Of a stretch of DNA of 44,739 nucleotides, positions 36,426 to 44,739 are shown in pieces. The notes under the pieces were generated by a model. It was not told the DNA's origin. It made no database searches and worked only from the letters and a program-made list of their open reading frames with translations. The stretch lies in the IMG/VR virus record IMGVR_UViG_3300028586_000034, positions 1-44,739 of that record. One strand, given 5' to 3'. Source of the DNA: a virus. Its lineage: Duplodnaviria > Caudoviricetes. Numbering within the stretch: position 1 is the first letter of the stretch; each line of letters starts with the position of its first letter. The position numbers and the translations under genes are program-made.

Positions 36426-37390
36426 AGCTCCTTAATCCAGCGACCCTCGGTGTCGAGCACCATAGGGACCAGCACAGGGCGACCCTGCATGATGAGGGTG
36501 CATCCGATGATCGGCTTGTTCTTCGACAGGCGACCGTACGCAAACGCATACGAGTCATTGTCGATGAGACAGCCCGAGGTCGCGCCCCAGTACAGGAAGT
36601 CCGAGGACGCCGCGTAGTCCACACCGTAGCGCCCGTGGTTGTGGCCCACCATGAGGTTGCAGCGGTTGTGCGCTGCGTCGGCGGTCGGGTTGCTCGACTG
36701 GTGCTGGAACTGCACGAGACCCAGCGGGGTATTGATGCGCCAGACTTCGGCCCAGGACCAGCCCGGTGCGCCGCCCTTCGGGAACAGCACGTCGCGGTAG
36801 CTCTTGAGGTACTGCACTGGAATGCCGTGGGCCTTCGCCTTGCGGAACGCCAGCGAGCCGTGGTTCGAGCTGCACACGAGCTGCTGCGGGTACAGCTTGT
36901 GAAGTTCTGCGAGTACAGGCAGCGACTTCTCCAGCTCCTTACCGGCGCTGTCGAGGTTCGGGTCCGAGTCGTGGAAGCTCAGCGCGTGGTGGTCAACCTC
37001 GTCGCCCAGATTCACCACGAGGTCAATCGGGAACGCCTTCTTCACTGCCGCCAGGAAGGCCAGCATGTCCGGGTGGTGGTACGGGATGTGCTGGTCGGGG
37101 ATCACGAGGATGCAGCCGTACGTCTTGTCGAGGTCGGGGAGTTTGCCCAGGTCATCGTCCGGGAGCGGCTTGCGTAGCTTGCGCTCGTCGGCTATCGCGC
37201 GGTCCGTCGTGGCGAGCTTGCCTTCGTTGTCGATGAAGATGCGCCGCCAGTACGCGACGTTCTGCGTGGTGACGGCTTCCATACCTGGGAGAGCACGGTA
37301 TGCCAGGGCAGCGCCCTTGTTGTCCGCGTGCTTGGTGAGGAGTTTGATGTGTTGATTGCGCGTCTGGAGACGCATGAGAGTGCCACGCAT
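36422..37390 (-). CDS. Calcineurin-like metallophosphoesterase
   Basis: PDQH, LGDEVD, SNH, QH, GHNH motifs; start may be MRLQTRN. Confidence 0.85.
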   Translation of the reverse strand: MRGTLMRLQTRNQHIKLLTKHADNKGAALAYRALPGMEAVTTQNVAYWRRIFIDNEGKLATTDRAIADERKLRKPLPDDDLGKLPDLDKTYGCILVIPDQHIPYHHPDMLAFLAAVKKAFPIDLVVNLGDEVDHHALSFHDSDPNLDSAGKELEKSLPVLAELHKLYPQQLVCSSNHGSLAFRKAKAHGIPVQYLKSYRDVLFPKGGAPGWSWAEVWRINTPLGLVQFQHQSSNPTADAAHNRCNLMVGHNHGRYGVDYAASSDFLYWGATSGCLIDNDSYAFAYGRLSKNKPIIGCTLIMQGRPVLVPMVLDTEGRWIKEL

Positions 37391-37962
37391 TAAGTCGCTT
37401 TCGTAGTTCTGCCACGCAGGGCAAGTTTAGCTTTGGCCTCGGCGCGCTTGAGCTTCGCCTTGGCGTTCCGGGCGTCGTTCTTCTCGTCCGGGGTCTTGTG
37501 CATCGGGTAGATCATGCCGGAGCCAGGGGCTTCGAGGTACGCAACAAGATTGCGCAGGTACGGGATGATCGCATCGTACGAGCTTGACTTTGCGCCCCAG
37601 CGGGCGGCGGCGTTGCTGATCTTGCCCTCAGCAGCATTGCAGGAGCGGTGTAGGACGCCACGAATTTCCCCCGAGTCATGATTGTGGTCGAGCACGCCCT
37701 CGCCCTTGGTGGTGAGGTCGATCTCTTTCAGGCAGAGCGGACACAGCCCGCCCTGGGCTTTCAGTAGCTTATGCACGTAGCTGCGCATCGCGGTGCGGGG
37801 CAGCTTCGGCATGGGGCGCTTGCGGACCGACTCAGCCAGGATGATCTGGGGCGGCTCGGCTAGGGCTACGCCCAGCACAGGTGGTCGCGGCGGTTCGGCC
37901 TGTAGCCCCGACGGTAGCGGTGGGAGGGTGGGTGGAGGCGTCCACGTAGGTGCGCCACTCAA
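37390..37962 (-). CDS. Recombination endonuclease VII
   Basis: QGGLCPLC...LDHNHDSGEIRGVLHRSCNAAEGK; start is either TTG 37962 or the internal MPKLPR. Confidence 0.9.
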   Translation of the reverse strand: MSGAPTWTPPPTLPPLPSGLQAEPPRPPVLGVALAEPPQIILAESVRKRPMPKLPRTAMRSYVHKLLKAQGGLCPLCLKEIDLTTKGEGVLDHNHDSGEIRGVLHRSCNAAEGKISNAAARWGAKSSSYDAIIPYLRNLVAYLEAPGSGMIYPMHKTPDEKNDARNAKAKLKRAEAKAKLALRGRTTKAT

Positions 37963-38120
37963 GCCCGCGCCTTCCAGATAATACGGTGTTCACCGTCCGT
38001 GCAGTTCGGCAGATGCTTGCACAGCAGCACATCTTTCCAACCTGCACAGCCGTCACAGCCAGCGTCCGTGTCCACAGGCTTAGCCTCGACACGGACGCCC
38101 ATAACCTCAGTACGGGACAT
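37959..38120 (-). CDS. 53-aa Cys-rich hypothetical protein
   Basis: MSRTEV...GCDGCA...CKHLPNC...IIW; SD AGAGGA; overlaps both neighbours. Confidence 0.6.
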   Translation of the reverse strand: MSRTEVMGVRVEAKPVDTDAGCDGCAGWKDVLLCKHLPNCTDGEHRIIWKARA

Positions 38121-39048
38121 CGTTGTATTCCTCTTTAGGTTCAGCCGCCTTAAACCACTGGCGGTACACGCAGTCGTCCAGGAACGCACGGTTCGCTGGG
38201 GACCACTGTAACTCGTTGAAGTACAGCCACGCCGTGTCGCCGTGCCAGCGCAGCAGCCAGAGCAGCCACGCTTCGGGGATCGGGTTCTGGTCGATGGCTC
38301 GATAAGCGTCGATGACAGCGTTAGCCGCCTCGCTCTCGTCGTTGATCGGGTCGAGGTACTGGAACGCGCCGACCGGGCCGCACAGCTTGCCATCCAGCTT
38401 GGCTACGCCCTGGATGTGGTCGGCTGTGTCGCCCATGAGCATCTGCGCCCAGAAGAACTTGCGTCCCAGGCCCAGACACTTCGCAGTGCCAGCCTTCTCG
38501 GTGTACTCCATGTGGAGCGAGCCGAAGCCGGTGGGGACAACTACCTGCCCCGACTTACGGTCGAAGTACGGGTACGGCGTCATGCGCAAGTCCTTGTCCT
38601 CGGACCAGATCACGCCGTGCTCTTTCAAGCGGTACGCCGACTGGATCATACCGTCGTCCGCCTCCAGCACGTAGTGCATGGTGCAGTCGCTGTACTCGGG
38701 GAGCCAGTTCTCGCGGTGGGCGATTGCCTGCCGGAGCGGTTCGAGCAGGGGCGGCTTCGCCTTGCTCGTGCGGTTGCCCTGATACGGCTTAGCCGCCAGG
38801 ATGTTGAAGCGCCCTGCCTTGTTGCTCGTGTTCGCGGTGAGGTGAACCTCAACGAACTCGGCCTTAGCCAGGAACGCCTGCGTGAGGACAGCGGTGTGGA
38901 ACCGCTTGATGCCCGTGCTCAGCGTCTTGACGGTAGCAGCCGCAGCGTAGGCTGGGCCGTCACCATCAATGATGAGCGTCCGTCCGGGAGTGTAGCCCCC
39001 GAACTGGTCGCCCAAAGTGCTGAGGTCAATCCCTAACATAGTTGTCAT
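38107..39048 (-). CDS. 5'-3' exonuclease
   Basis: IIDGDGPAY, KPYQGNR..K.KP, EADD, EDKDL, QMLMGDTADHI.G. Confidence 0.9.
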   Translation of the reverse strand: MTTMLGIDLSTLGDQFGGYTPGRTLIIDGDGPAYAAAATVKTLSTGIKRFHTAVLTQAFLAKAEFVEVHLTANTSNKAGRFNILAAKPYQGNRTSKAKPPLLEPLRQAIAHRENWLPEYSDCTMHYVLEADDGMIQSAYRLKEHGVIWSEDKDLRMTPYPYFDRKSGQVVVPTGFGSLHMEYTEKAGTAKCLGLGRKFFWAQMLMGDTADHIQGVAKLDGKLCGPVGAFQYLDPINDESEAANAVIDAYRAIDQNPIPEAWLLWLLRWHGDTAWLYFNELQWSPANRAFLDDCVYRQWFKAAEPKEEYNDVPY

Positions 39049-39065
39049 GGTTGACCTCGGCGTGG

Positions 39066-40085
39066 TTAGACTGCTGCTGGCATCGGAGGCATGGCAGGCG
39101 GGGCGACCGCTGCTGGCGCACTAGCGACGACTGGCGCGGCCACGGCAGGAGCCACAGCGGGCGTCGTGACGGGAGGCGTAGCCACAGCCGCAGGCGCAGC
39201 GGCGGGTGCCGGGGCGGCTGCCGGGGGCAAGGCTGGCGTAGCTGGGGTGCTCGGTGGGGCTGCTGGTGCTGCCGCTGGGGCTGGCCCCGCCGGTGCTGCC
39301 GCTGCGGGCAGGGCCGGGGCCGCTGCCTTTGGGACTGGTGCTGCCTTCTCTGGAACCTTGAAGGCCACGCCAGCGGCGGTCAGGGCTTGATGCAGGGCCG
39401 AGCCGTGGAAGTCCGTAGCCGACAGCATCTTCTCCTGCACCACGTTCTTGCTGCGGGCAGGTCGGCCAGCGCTGGCCTCGTACTCGCCTTCCTGGTAGAA
39501 CGAGTGGTACACGGCGAGGTTCGGGTGCGACCACAGGAACAGCTTCAAGTCCTCGGGGCGGGCGTCCGCGATAGCGTACGGCATCTTGGTCACAGGGTCC
39601 AGCGGAGGCAGGAAGCCCTTGAGGTCGATCTGCGAGCGCGGCTTAGCGCCAGCGGCCACCTCGGCTGCGGTCGGCTTGGTGTTCACGATCTTGACCAGAT
39701 ACTTCTGGCCCAGCAGTTGCGCGAAGTGCTTCTTATCGCCCTTCCAGTTCAGCGCCTTGAACAGCAGGAATGCGCGGGCCTTCTCGTTCTGGCTCAGGGC
39801 CATCGAGTACGGGCGCATGATGTACGGCGTGCCGTCTTCGTTAGTGTAGCCCTCGCCGGTCAGGGCGAAGCCGAGCTGCACTTCTGGGGCTGCGTCCTTG
39901 GCGACACCCTTGAATTCTTGCGGCTGGTTGCCGTACTCGATGTACTCCACGAGCACGCCGAAGGCGTAGCCCTCGGGCAGCAGGCGACCGCCACCGCCGC
40001 CCTTAACGGCTACGTTCATGTCAGGGCCGGTTTCGGCAGCTTGGTTAGCAAGGGCCAACAGTTCTTCGAGGTTCATTTGCGACAT
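39066..40085 (-). CDS. Conserved phiKMV-type replication-module protein (possible ssDNA-binding) with Ala/Pro-rich tail
   Basis: EYIEYG.QPQEF.G..K..APE..LGF.L; lies between polymerase and exonuclease; function is inference. Confidence 0.7.
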   Translation of the reverse strand: MSQMNLEELLALANQAAETGPDMNVAVKGGGGGRLLPEGYAFGVLVEYIEYGNQPQEFKGVAKDAAPEVQLGFALTGEGYTNEDGTPYIMRPYSMALSQNEKARAFLLFKALNWKGDKKHFAQLLGQKYLVKIVNTKPTAAEVAAGAKPRSQIDLKGFLPPLDPVTKMPYAIADARPEDLKLFLWSHPNLAVYHSFYQEGEYEASAGRPARSKNVVQEKMLSATDFHGSALHQALTAAGVAFKVPEKAAPVPKAAAPALPAAAAPAGPAPAAAPAAPPSTPATPALPPAAAPAPAAAPAAVATPPVTTPAVAPAVAAPVVASAPAAVAPPAMPPMPAAV

Positions 40086-40145
40086 GGTATTTCCTTGTAG
40101 TAGTGGCGCGCACGCCTGGGTAGTGGTGAGTTGCTAGTACAGCGG

Positions 40146-42686
40146 TTACGCCGCCAGCAACTCGGGTGCCGGGCTGATGCCCAGCTTCTCTTGCACCTTC
40201 GGGTCGTTCAGGACGCCGGGATGCCAGTGCAACTTCTCATGCATGCTGCGACCGAACTCGACCGCAGCGGGGAATGGTACGTGCAGATCGTACCCGAACT
40301 TCTCGTTGAAGTACGTAGGCAGGGACTCCATCGTGGTCTTGACCATGCCGCAGAACTCGTCCAGCGCGGTGTGGTACACGTCAGCGTAGTACGCATCGTG
40401 GACCGTGTTGATGAGGAACACTCGGCCATCGTAGAAGTCATTGGCGATGCAGGTCCGAGCGATGCGGCCCGAGATACCCTGCACGAAGAAGCCAGACTCG
40501 CCCTGGATTGGATAGTTCCGCACCTGGGTCATCTTGTACTCCATGACCTCGATCTTCTGGCCGTTCTCCCACTTCGCCTTCACCATCTGGCGGAAGCTGT
40601 AGCAGGTGCCGCCAGGGGACTGCCAGTACCCACGCTTGTACAGCCGCCAGCCGCCCAGGTCGGTCTGCTCGCGGTGCATCTCGCCGGTAGCGTTCAACTG
40701 CGTGACCACAGGGCCGGTTGCATCGAACCACGCCTCGACCTCCGGGAACAGCTTCTTCTCGGCGTCGATGAAGCGCTGCGCCTCCTCGACCGTACAGCCA
40801 GTGCTGAACGCGATGCCCTGCGCCGTCGCACCGTACTGATACGAGAACGCCTTCGGCTTGATGTCCGTCCGCATCTCGTCGTACGCCTTGAAGTCCGGGT
40901 GCTCTTGGTTCTTCGCCTTCTCCAGCACGACTTCGTACGGCTCGCCCAACTGCTGGGCCAATCGCATACAGTGCATGTCGATGCCTTCGAGCAGCGCTTT
41001 CGTCAGCGCCTTGTCCTTGGTGAACGCGCACATCGTAACCACTTCGAGCGCCGAATAGTCGGCCTCCACTATGTAGCCGTTGATCAGGCCCAGGTTCAGG
41101 CGGGAGATGCACTCGTCGTACAGCCGCTGCGGGATCAGGTTGATCGACAGCGCGAACTGCAACCACTGCGGGTCGTTGTACCGCGACCGGAACATCTTCT
41201 TCACGTCCGACGTGTTACCCCGCGGGAGGTTCTGGAAGTTCGGGCGGGTACTGGACAAGCGGGTGGTAACGGTCGCCGTAGCGTTCAGCCCGTGGTGGAC
41301 GATGCCGCGCTCGGTGAGGTACTGCAACATCCCGGACTGCTTGACCACGATGCCGTCGTCATTCAGCTCTTGCCGTAGGTAGTACGTCCCCATGTCCTTG
41401 TCGATGCGGGCGAACTCCATGAGGTCAACCAGCACCTTGCGGACGTGCTCAGGCAGCTCACGCCGCAGGCTCAGCATCTCCAGGCAGTCCTTGCCCGTGC
41501 TGTACACCGCCGAGCCGTCGGCCAGCTCGCGCTTGCCGGAGAACTCGCGGTCGAACTCCTTACGGATGCTCTGCGGCAGCAGGCTCAGGTCAACCAGAGG
41601 GCCGCACATGAACACGAGGTCGGCGTTCTTCAGCTTGATCGTTGTGGTGTCCTCGCGGAACACCTTGATCTGCCCCTTGTTCTTGCCTGCCTTGTAGCGC
41701 TCCAGAGGGGCGTAGTCGAACTCGTACACCTCGGGGGTCACGGCTGTGACTGGCCCCGTTATGCTGTCGGCCAGCTCGATCTTACCGTCCGCGTTCAGCG
41801 GCAGCTTGCAGTCCGAACCGTTTGCCAGCTTTACGAAGTCGCCCTTCTCGAACTTGTTCGTGCCATCGTCGTTAAGCCAGGGCACCTTGCCCACGTACTT
41901 GATCGGCCCGCCGAACAGCCACGCGCTCATGTGGAAGTCCGAGCCGGGGTTGAAGCTCACGTACTCCGGGATGTGCGAGCGCCAGTACAGCATGCCAGCG
42001 TTCAGCGCCAGGAGCTTGGCCTCGCCCTCGTCGCGCTGCTTGAACGCGGTGTCGCGGTGGACGAACAGGCCCGAGTCCATTGCAAGGCAGTTGAAGATCA
42101 TGCCTTCCATGCGCTCCAGCAGCATGGTCCACATACCGGCGTTCACCGCCTTCTGATACTGCCCGTAGAAGCACAGGCGGGTGTTCACCACGTCGCCCTC
42201 GGGGCCAGCAAGGTACTCGGCCAGCAGCGCCGGGTCGATGTCCTTGGTCTTGACGCCCTGGTTCCACAGAATCTTGATGCCGTCCACCTTGTGAGTGCCG
42301 CCGTACTTCGGGGCGGTCTCGTCCAGGCTTGGGTACATCTCGGTCTGGTGCGACAGCAGGTACTCAGCGTACGCCGTGCAGAAGATGCGCCCGCCCCGCT
42401 TGAGGAAGGCCATGATCTGCGGGCGCTGCTGGAACAGGAACCAGTCCATCTCGTACGGTGCGTTGTGGCACACCAGCATCCAGACATCATCTGGAATGTT
42501 CAACCACTGCGCAGGGACGTTCTCCTTGTGCGGGTAGTGGTCGTACTGCACTTCCCCCTTGTACGGCTCCGACTCGATGGCGTAGCCGTTCATGACCACG
42601 AAGTTCTCGGGGTGGCGAGGAGAAGCCAGCGCGCCAAAGTATTCGTGGTTGTTCGTTTCTAAGTCAAGAAACATTATGTTGCTCAT
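40146..42686 (-). CDS. Family A DNA polymerase with 3'-5' exonuclease domain
   Basis: LDLET, HNAPYE, T.TTRLSS..PNFQNLPR, EADYSALE, R..IKPKAFSYQYG, NYPIQG, TVHDA. Confidence 0.97.
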   Translation of the reverse strand: MSNIMFLDLETNNHEYFGALASPRHPENFVVMNGYAIESEPYKGEVQYDHYPHKENVPAQWLNIPDDVWMLVCHNAPYEMDWFLFQQRPQIMAFLKRGGRIFCTAYAEYLLSHQTEMYPSLDETAPKYGGTHKVDGIKILWNQGVKTKDIDPALLAEYLAGPEGDVVNTRLCFYGQYQKAVNAGMWTMLLERMEGMIFNCLAMDSGLFVHRDTAFKQRDEGEAKLLALNAGMLYWRSHIPEYVSFNPGSDFHMSAWLFGGPIKYVGKVPWLNDDGTNKFEKGDFVKLANGSDCKLPLNADGKIELADSITGPVTAVTPEVYEFDYAPLERYKAGKNKGQIKVFREDTTTIKLKNADLVFMCGPLVDLSLLPQSIRKEFDREFSGKRELADGSAVYSTGKDCLEMLSLRRELPEHVRKVLVDLMEFARIDKDMGTYYLRQELNDDGIVVKQSGMLQYLTERGIVHHGLNATATVTTRLSSTRPNFQNLPRGNTSDVKKMFRSRYNDPQWLQFALSINLIPQRLYDECISRLNLGLINGYIVEADYSALEVVTMCAFTKDKALTKALLEGIDMHCMRLAQQLGEPYEVVLEKAKNQEHPDFKAYDEMRTDIKPKAFSYQYGATAQGIAFSTGCTVEEAQRFIDAEKKLFPEVEAWFDATGPVVTQLNATGEMHREQTDLGGWRLYKRGYWQSPGGTCYSFRQMVKAKWENGQKIEVMEYKMTQVRNYPIQGESGFFVQGISGRIARTCIANDFYDGRVFLINTVHDAYYADVYHTALDEFCGMVKTTMESLPTYFNEKFGYDLHVPFPAAVEFGRSMHEKLHWHPGVLNDPKVQEKLGISPAPELLAA

Positions 42687-42757
42687 GACTTCCTCCGGTT
42701 TGGTACGTTACCCATCTTGACGCAATGGGCGCAGCGGCATGAGCACTTACGTGCCAT
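42683..42757 (-). CDS. 24-aa Cys-rich micropeptide (MARKCSCRCAHCVKMGNVPNRRKS)
   Basis: Bridges the upstream gene and the polymerase start with an ATGA overlap; weak SD. Confidence 0.4.
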   Translation of the reverse strand: MARKCSCRCAHCVKMGNVPNRRKS

Positions 42758-42962
42758 GCGGGTCGGCCTTCGGCGGTGTCCACCCCAGCTTAACCAGGGC
42801 GGCACGCACCGCCGCGTTCTCGGTATCAATCAGGGCGCTGGATACCTGGGTCATGCTTGAGTAGCGGAGCGTGTCCGCAGGATCGTCGAACCGGAGCCAC
42901 GAGTGCAGCATGATCTTCCCGCCACCCATGTCGATTGCAGTAGCCTCCGGCGTGACCATCAT
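42747..42962 (-). CDS. 71-aa hypothetical protein
   Basis: Start MMVTPE overlapping the ligase stop; ALVKLGWTPP. Confidence 0.7.
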   Translation of the reverse strand: MMVTPEATAIDMGGGKIMLHSWLRFDDPADTLRYSSMTQVSSALIDTENAAVRAALVKLGWTPPKADPHGT

Positions 42963-43873
42963 ACCTTGTCCTCGCGGAACCGCACGAAGCTCGGGTGCCG
43001 GTAGCCGCCCTGACGGTCGCGCTCCATGTACTTGAACTCGACCCAGCGGCCCAGGTACTTCTCCGGGTTCGCCAGCATGTCGCGGCCCAGGCTGTGCTCG
43101 ATGCCAGCAGGGCAGGCACGGGAGCCGTCCTCCAGCCACAGCTCGATGCTGCCAGCGCGGTCGAGCGGTTCGCCGTGAATGCTCGTGCCTTGGATGATGT
43201 CGGTGATCTTGCCGTCGGCCTCGTTCTCCGGCTTCATCTTTAACCAGCCGTCGATGCGCTTGCCGCACTGGTACGTGTGCTTCTCGTCCTTCACCATCAG
43301 CCCTTCCAGGCCACGGGCACGCACTTCGTTGTAGCGCTCGTCCAGCTCGGCCTCGGAATGCACGAACCAGCCCTGCGGGGTGCTGATGCGGCTACCGAAC
43401 GGCAGCGTTCCGTTCATGCAGCGCCAGAGCAGGCCCGCCTGGGCCTCCCGTTCGGCGCGTCGTTGGTCGAACGGGCCTTTGTGTTCCGGCAGGTCGAACA
43501 GGTAGAACTCGACCAGACTGGCTTGCAGCGCCGGGAGAGTCTTGCCGGTCGCCTTGTCCACCCTCAAGCCTGGGATGCCCTTCGAGCTGCGCACCCAGCG
43601 GTACGAGTCGTTGAAGTTCCCGTTCACGAGCACGCCCATGTCGAGGTGGTTCAGGCCCGAGACATTGAAGTACGCCGCGAAGCCCTCGGCCCACAGGCGC
43701 AGGTTGTGCAGCGGCTTACCGGCGTAGGACAGGAATTGGACCACCCCGGTATCACGGTCGTACTGGACATGCAGGCGAATCTCGTCGTACTTCACCTCGG
43801 CGTACAGCGGGTACAGCAGCTTGTGCTTGTGCTCGCCGTACACTTTGCCTTTCATCAGGTATGGATCAGCCAT
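42959..43873 (-). CDS. ATP-dependent DNA ligase
   Basis: EVKYDEIR adenylation motif, FYLFDL, EGLMVK, WLKMKP, RHPSFVRFREDK. Confidence 0.93.
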   Translation of the reverse strand: MADPYLMKGKVYGEHKHKLLYPLYAEVKYDEIRLHVQYDRDTGVVQFLSYAGKPLHNLRLWAEGFAAYFNVSGLNHLDMGVLVNGNFNDSYRWVRSSKGIPGLRVDKATGKTLPALQASLVEFYLFDLPEHKGPFDQRRAEREAQAGLLWRCMNGTLPFGSRISTPQGWFVHSEAELDERYNEVRARGLEGLMVKDEKHTYQCGKRIDGWLKMKPENEADGKITDIIQGTSIHGEPLDRAGSIELWLEDGSRACPAGIEHSLGRDMLANPEKYLGRWVEFKYMERDRQGGYRHPSFVRFREDKV

Positions 43874-44036
43874 GGTCGCCCTCCGACCCGATGATGCACC
43901 AGCACACGAAGAAGATCGGCTGCAAGGCCAGCCAGAGCAGAAACGCCAGCACCGCTGCGCTGCCGCCGCCGTTGGCGCACGTAGCGATAGCGGCCAGCAG
44001 GTTAGCTTTGGCTTGGAAGTATTCTTTGTGTTTCAT
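43866..44036 (-). CDS. 56-aa putative membrane protein
   Basis: MKHKEYFQAK...AAVLAFLLWLALQPIFFVCWCIIG; SD AAGGA; ATGA overlap. Confidence 0.6.
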   Translation of the reverse strand: MKHKEYFQAKANLLAAIATCANGGGSAAVLAFLLWLALQPIFFVCWCIIGSEGDHG

Positions 44037-44302
44037 GGCTTGGTTTCCTTCAACTGGTACGCGGCGACCCAGCGCCGTGTGGTGTGGTTCCAGACCTTGA
44101 CATCGGCCTTCTCGATGAGGCCGCGCTTCTCAAGGCGGTTCAGGGTGCCGCAGGCCGATTGCGTCAGGATGCCCGCTGCTGTGCAGAGCGCGTCCCGGCA
44201 CACCGGCCCGAGTGCTTTAACTTGTGCGAGTACAGCCTCGTCGAGGGTGTACGCACGCCCGCTCGACTTGAGCTTGCTCAGTGATGCTGCCTTGGTGCTC
44301 AT
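44033..44302 (-). CDS. Winged-helix DNA-binding protein
   Basis: GPVCRDALCTAAGILTQSACGTLNRLEKRGLIE followed by a wing-like segment. Confidence 0.7.
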   Translation of the reverse strand: MSTKAASLSKLKSSGRAYTLDEAVLAQVKALGPVCRDALCTAAGILTQSACGTLNRLEKRGLIEKADVKVWNHTTRRWVAAYQLKETKP

Positions 44303-44541
44303 TTAACTCCCAGGAGGGTGCGCAATTGGTGCTGGTGTTGGTGGACGGCTTGGCGAACTCGGCGTTCTACCAGCTCCTCGATCTGTCGGTGGAGTACACC
44401 GCCCAACCACTCGTGGGAGCCAACCGCCACCGACGCCACGGTGAACGAGATTTCATGCTGATCCGGCCCGAACCGCAGGATCAACTGCGGGTTGCTCTTG
44501 TCGTACCAGCTAACCTCGTGGGCTGGGCGCTTGGTGTTCAT
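44299..44541 (-). CDS. Hypothetical protein
   Basis: 80-aa ORF, overlaps the helicase stop and the next start. Confidence 0.7.
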   Translation of the reverse strand: MNTKRPAHEVSWYDKSNPQLILRFGPDQHEISFTVASVAVGSHEWLGGVLHRQIEELVERRVRQAVHQHQHQLRTLLGVK

Positions 44542-44739
44542 GCTGTGCTCCCATCAGAGAAGCGACACTTACTAGCGTCGAAGTAGATTTCGGACTGCAC
44601 GTACGACTGCTTACCCGGCTTGGCGAACTTGTTCTTCGGGGTGCTAATGCCGCGCAGCGCTTGTGCATCTGGGCTGTTCAGGGAACCGAGCTGTAGGATA
44701 ACGTCGGTCGCGCCCTGCACAGCGGTCTTGCTGTCCTTG
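44538..44739 (-). CDS. Helicase C-terminal part (same gene as 1-1229)
   Basis: KDSKTAVQGATD..LQLG...RGISTPKNK; contiguous through the circular overlap. Confidence 0.9.
   Translation of the reverse strand, partial: KDSKTAVQGATDVILQLGSLNSPDAQALRGISTPKNKFAKPGKQSYVQSEIYFDASKCRFSDGSTA

Noticed and set aside
228-42662. Long + strand ORFs (228-1142, 17710-19116, 29055-30974, 40131-41378, 41445-42662 and others)
   Set aside because: Antisense shadows of GC3-rich minus-strand genes, with no recognisable motifs
1-44739. Genome-wide reassignment of TAG to an amino acid
   Set aside because: TAG is a normal stop in several genes where the next gene starts in another frame (13801, 25342, 32832, 5866); only RNAP is clearly interrupted; no suppressor tRNA seen

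Overview
The window is an essentially complete (~44.58 kb unit length) genome of a lytic, GC-rich phiKMV-type autographivirus (T7-superfamily podophage with its single-subunit RNA polymerase gene at the end of the replication module). It is circularly permuted: 1-159 repeats at 44581-44739 with one mismatch, and the break falls inside the helicase gene. All credible genes are on the minus strand. Order from the non-coding terminal region (~7870-9560): four tandem sigma70 promoters with boxA; small early genes including a SAM lyase homologue; primase, helicase, ligase, PolA-type DNA polymerase, exonuclease, endonuclease VII, metallophosphoesterase, DUF5664-like protein, RNAP; portal, scaffold, capsid, tail tubes A/B, three internal virion proteins, tail fibre; terminases; holin, SAR endolysin, Rz/Rz1; a second fibre module. 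Most notable observations: (i) metallopeptidase and ADP-ribosyltransferase-like polyvalent domains inside the largest ejection protein; (ii) a ~90-nt promoter-plus-hairpin element present twice in opposite orientation, after the RNAP gene and near the genome end; (iii) eight same-strand copies of TGCGAGTRCAG; (iv) an in-frame amber codon in RNAP, and a helicase with no canonical start that is in frame with primase across another amber. All family assignments are from motif recognition by eye; no database searches were run.
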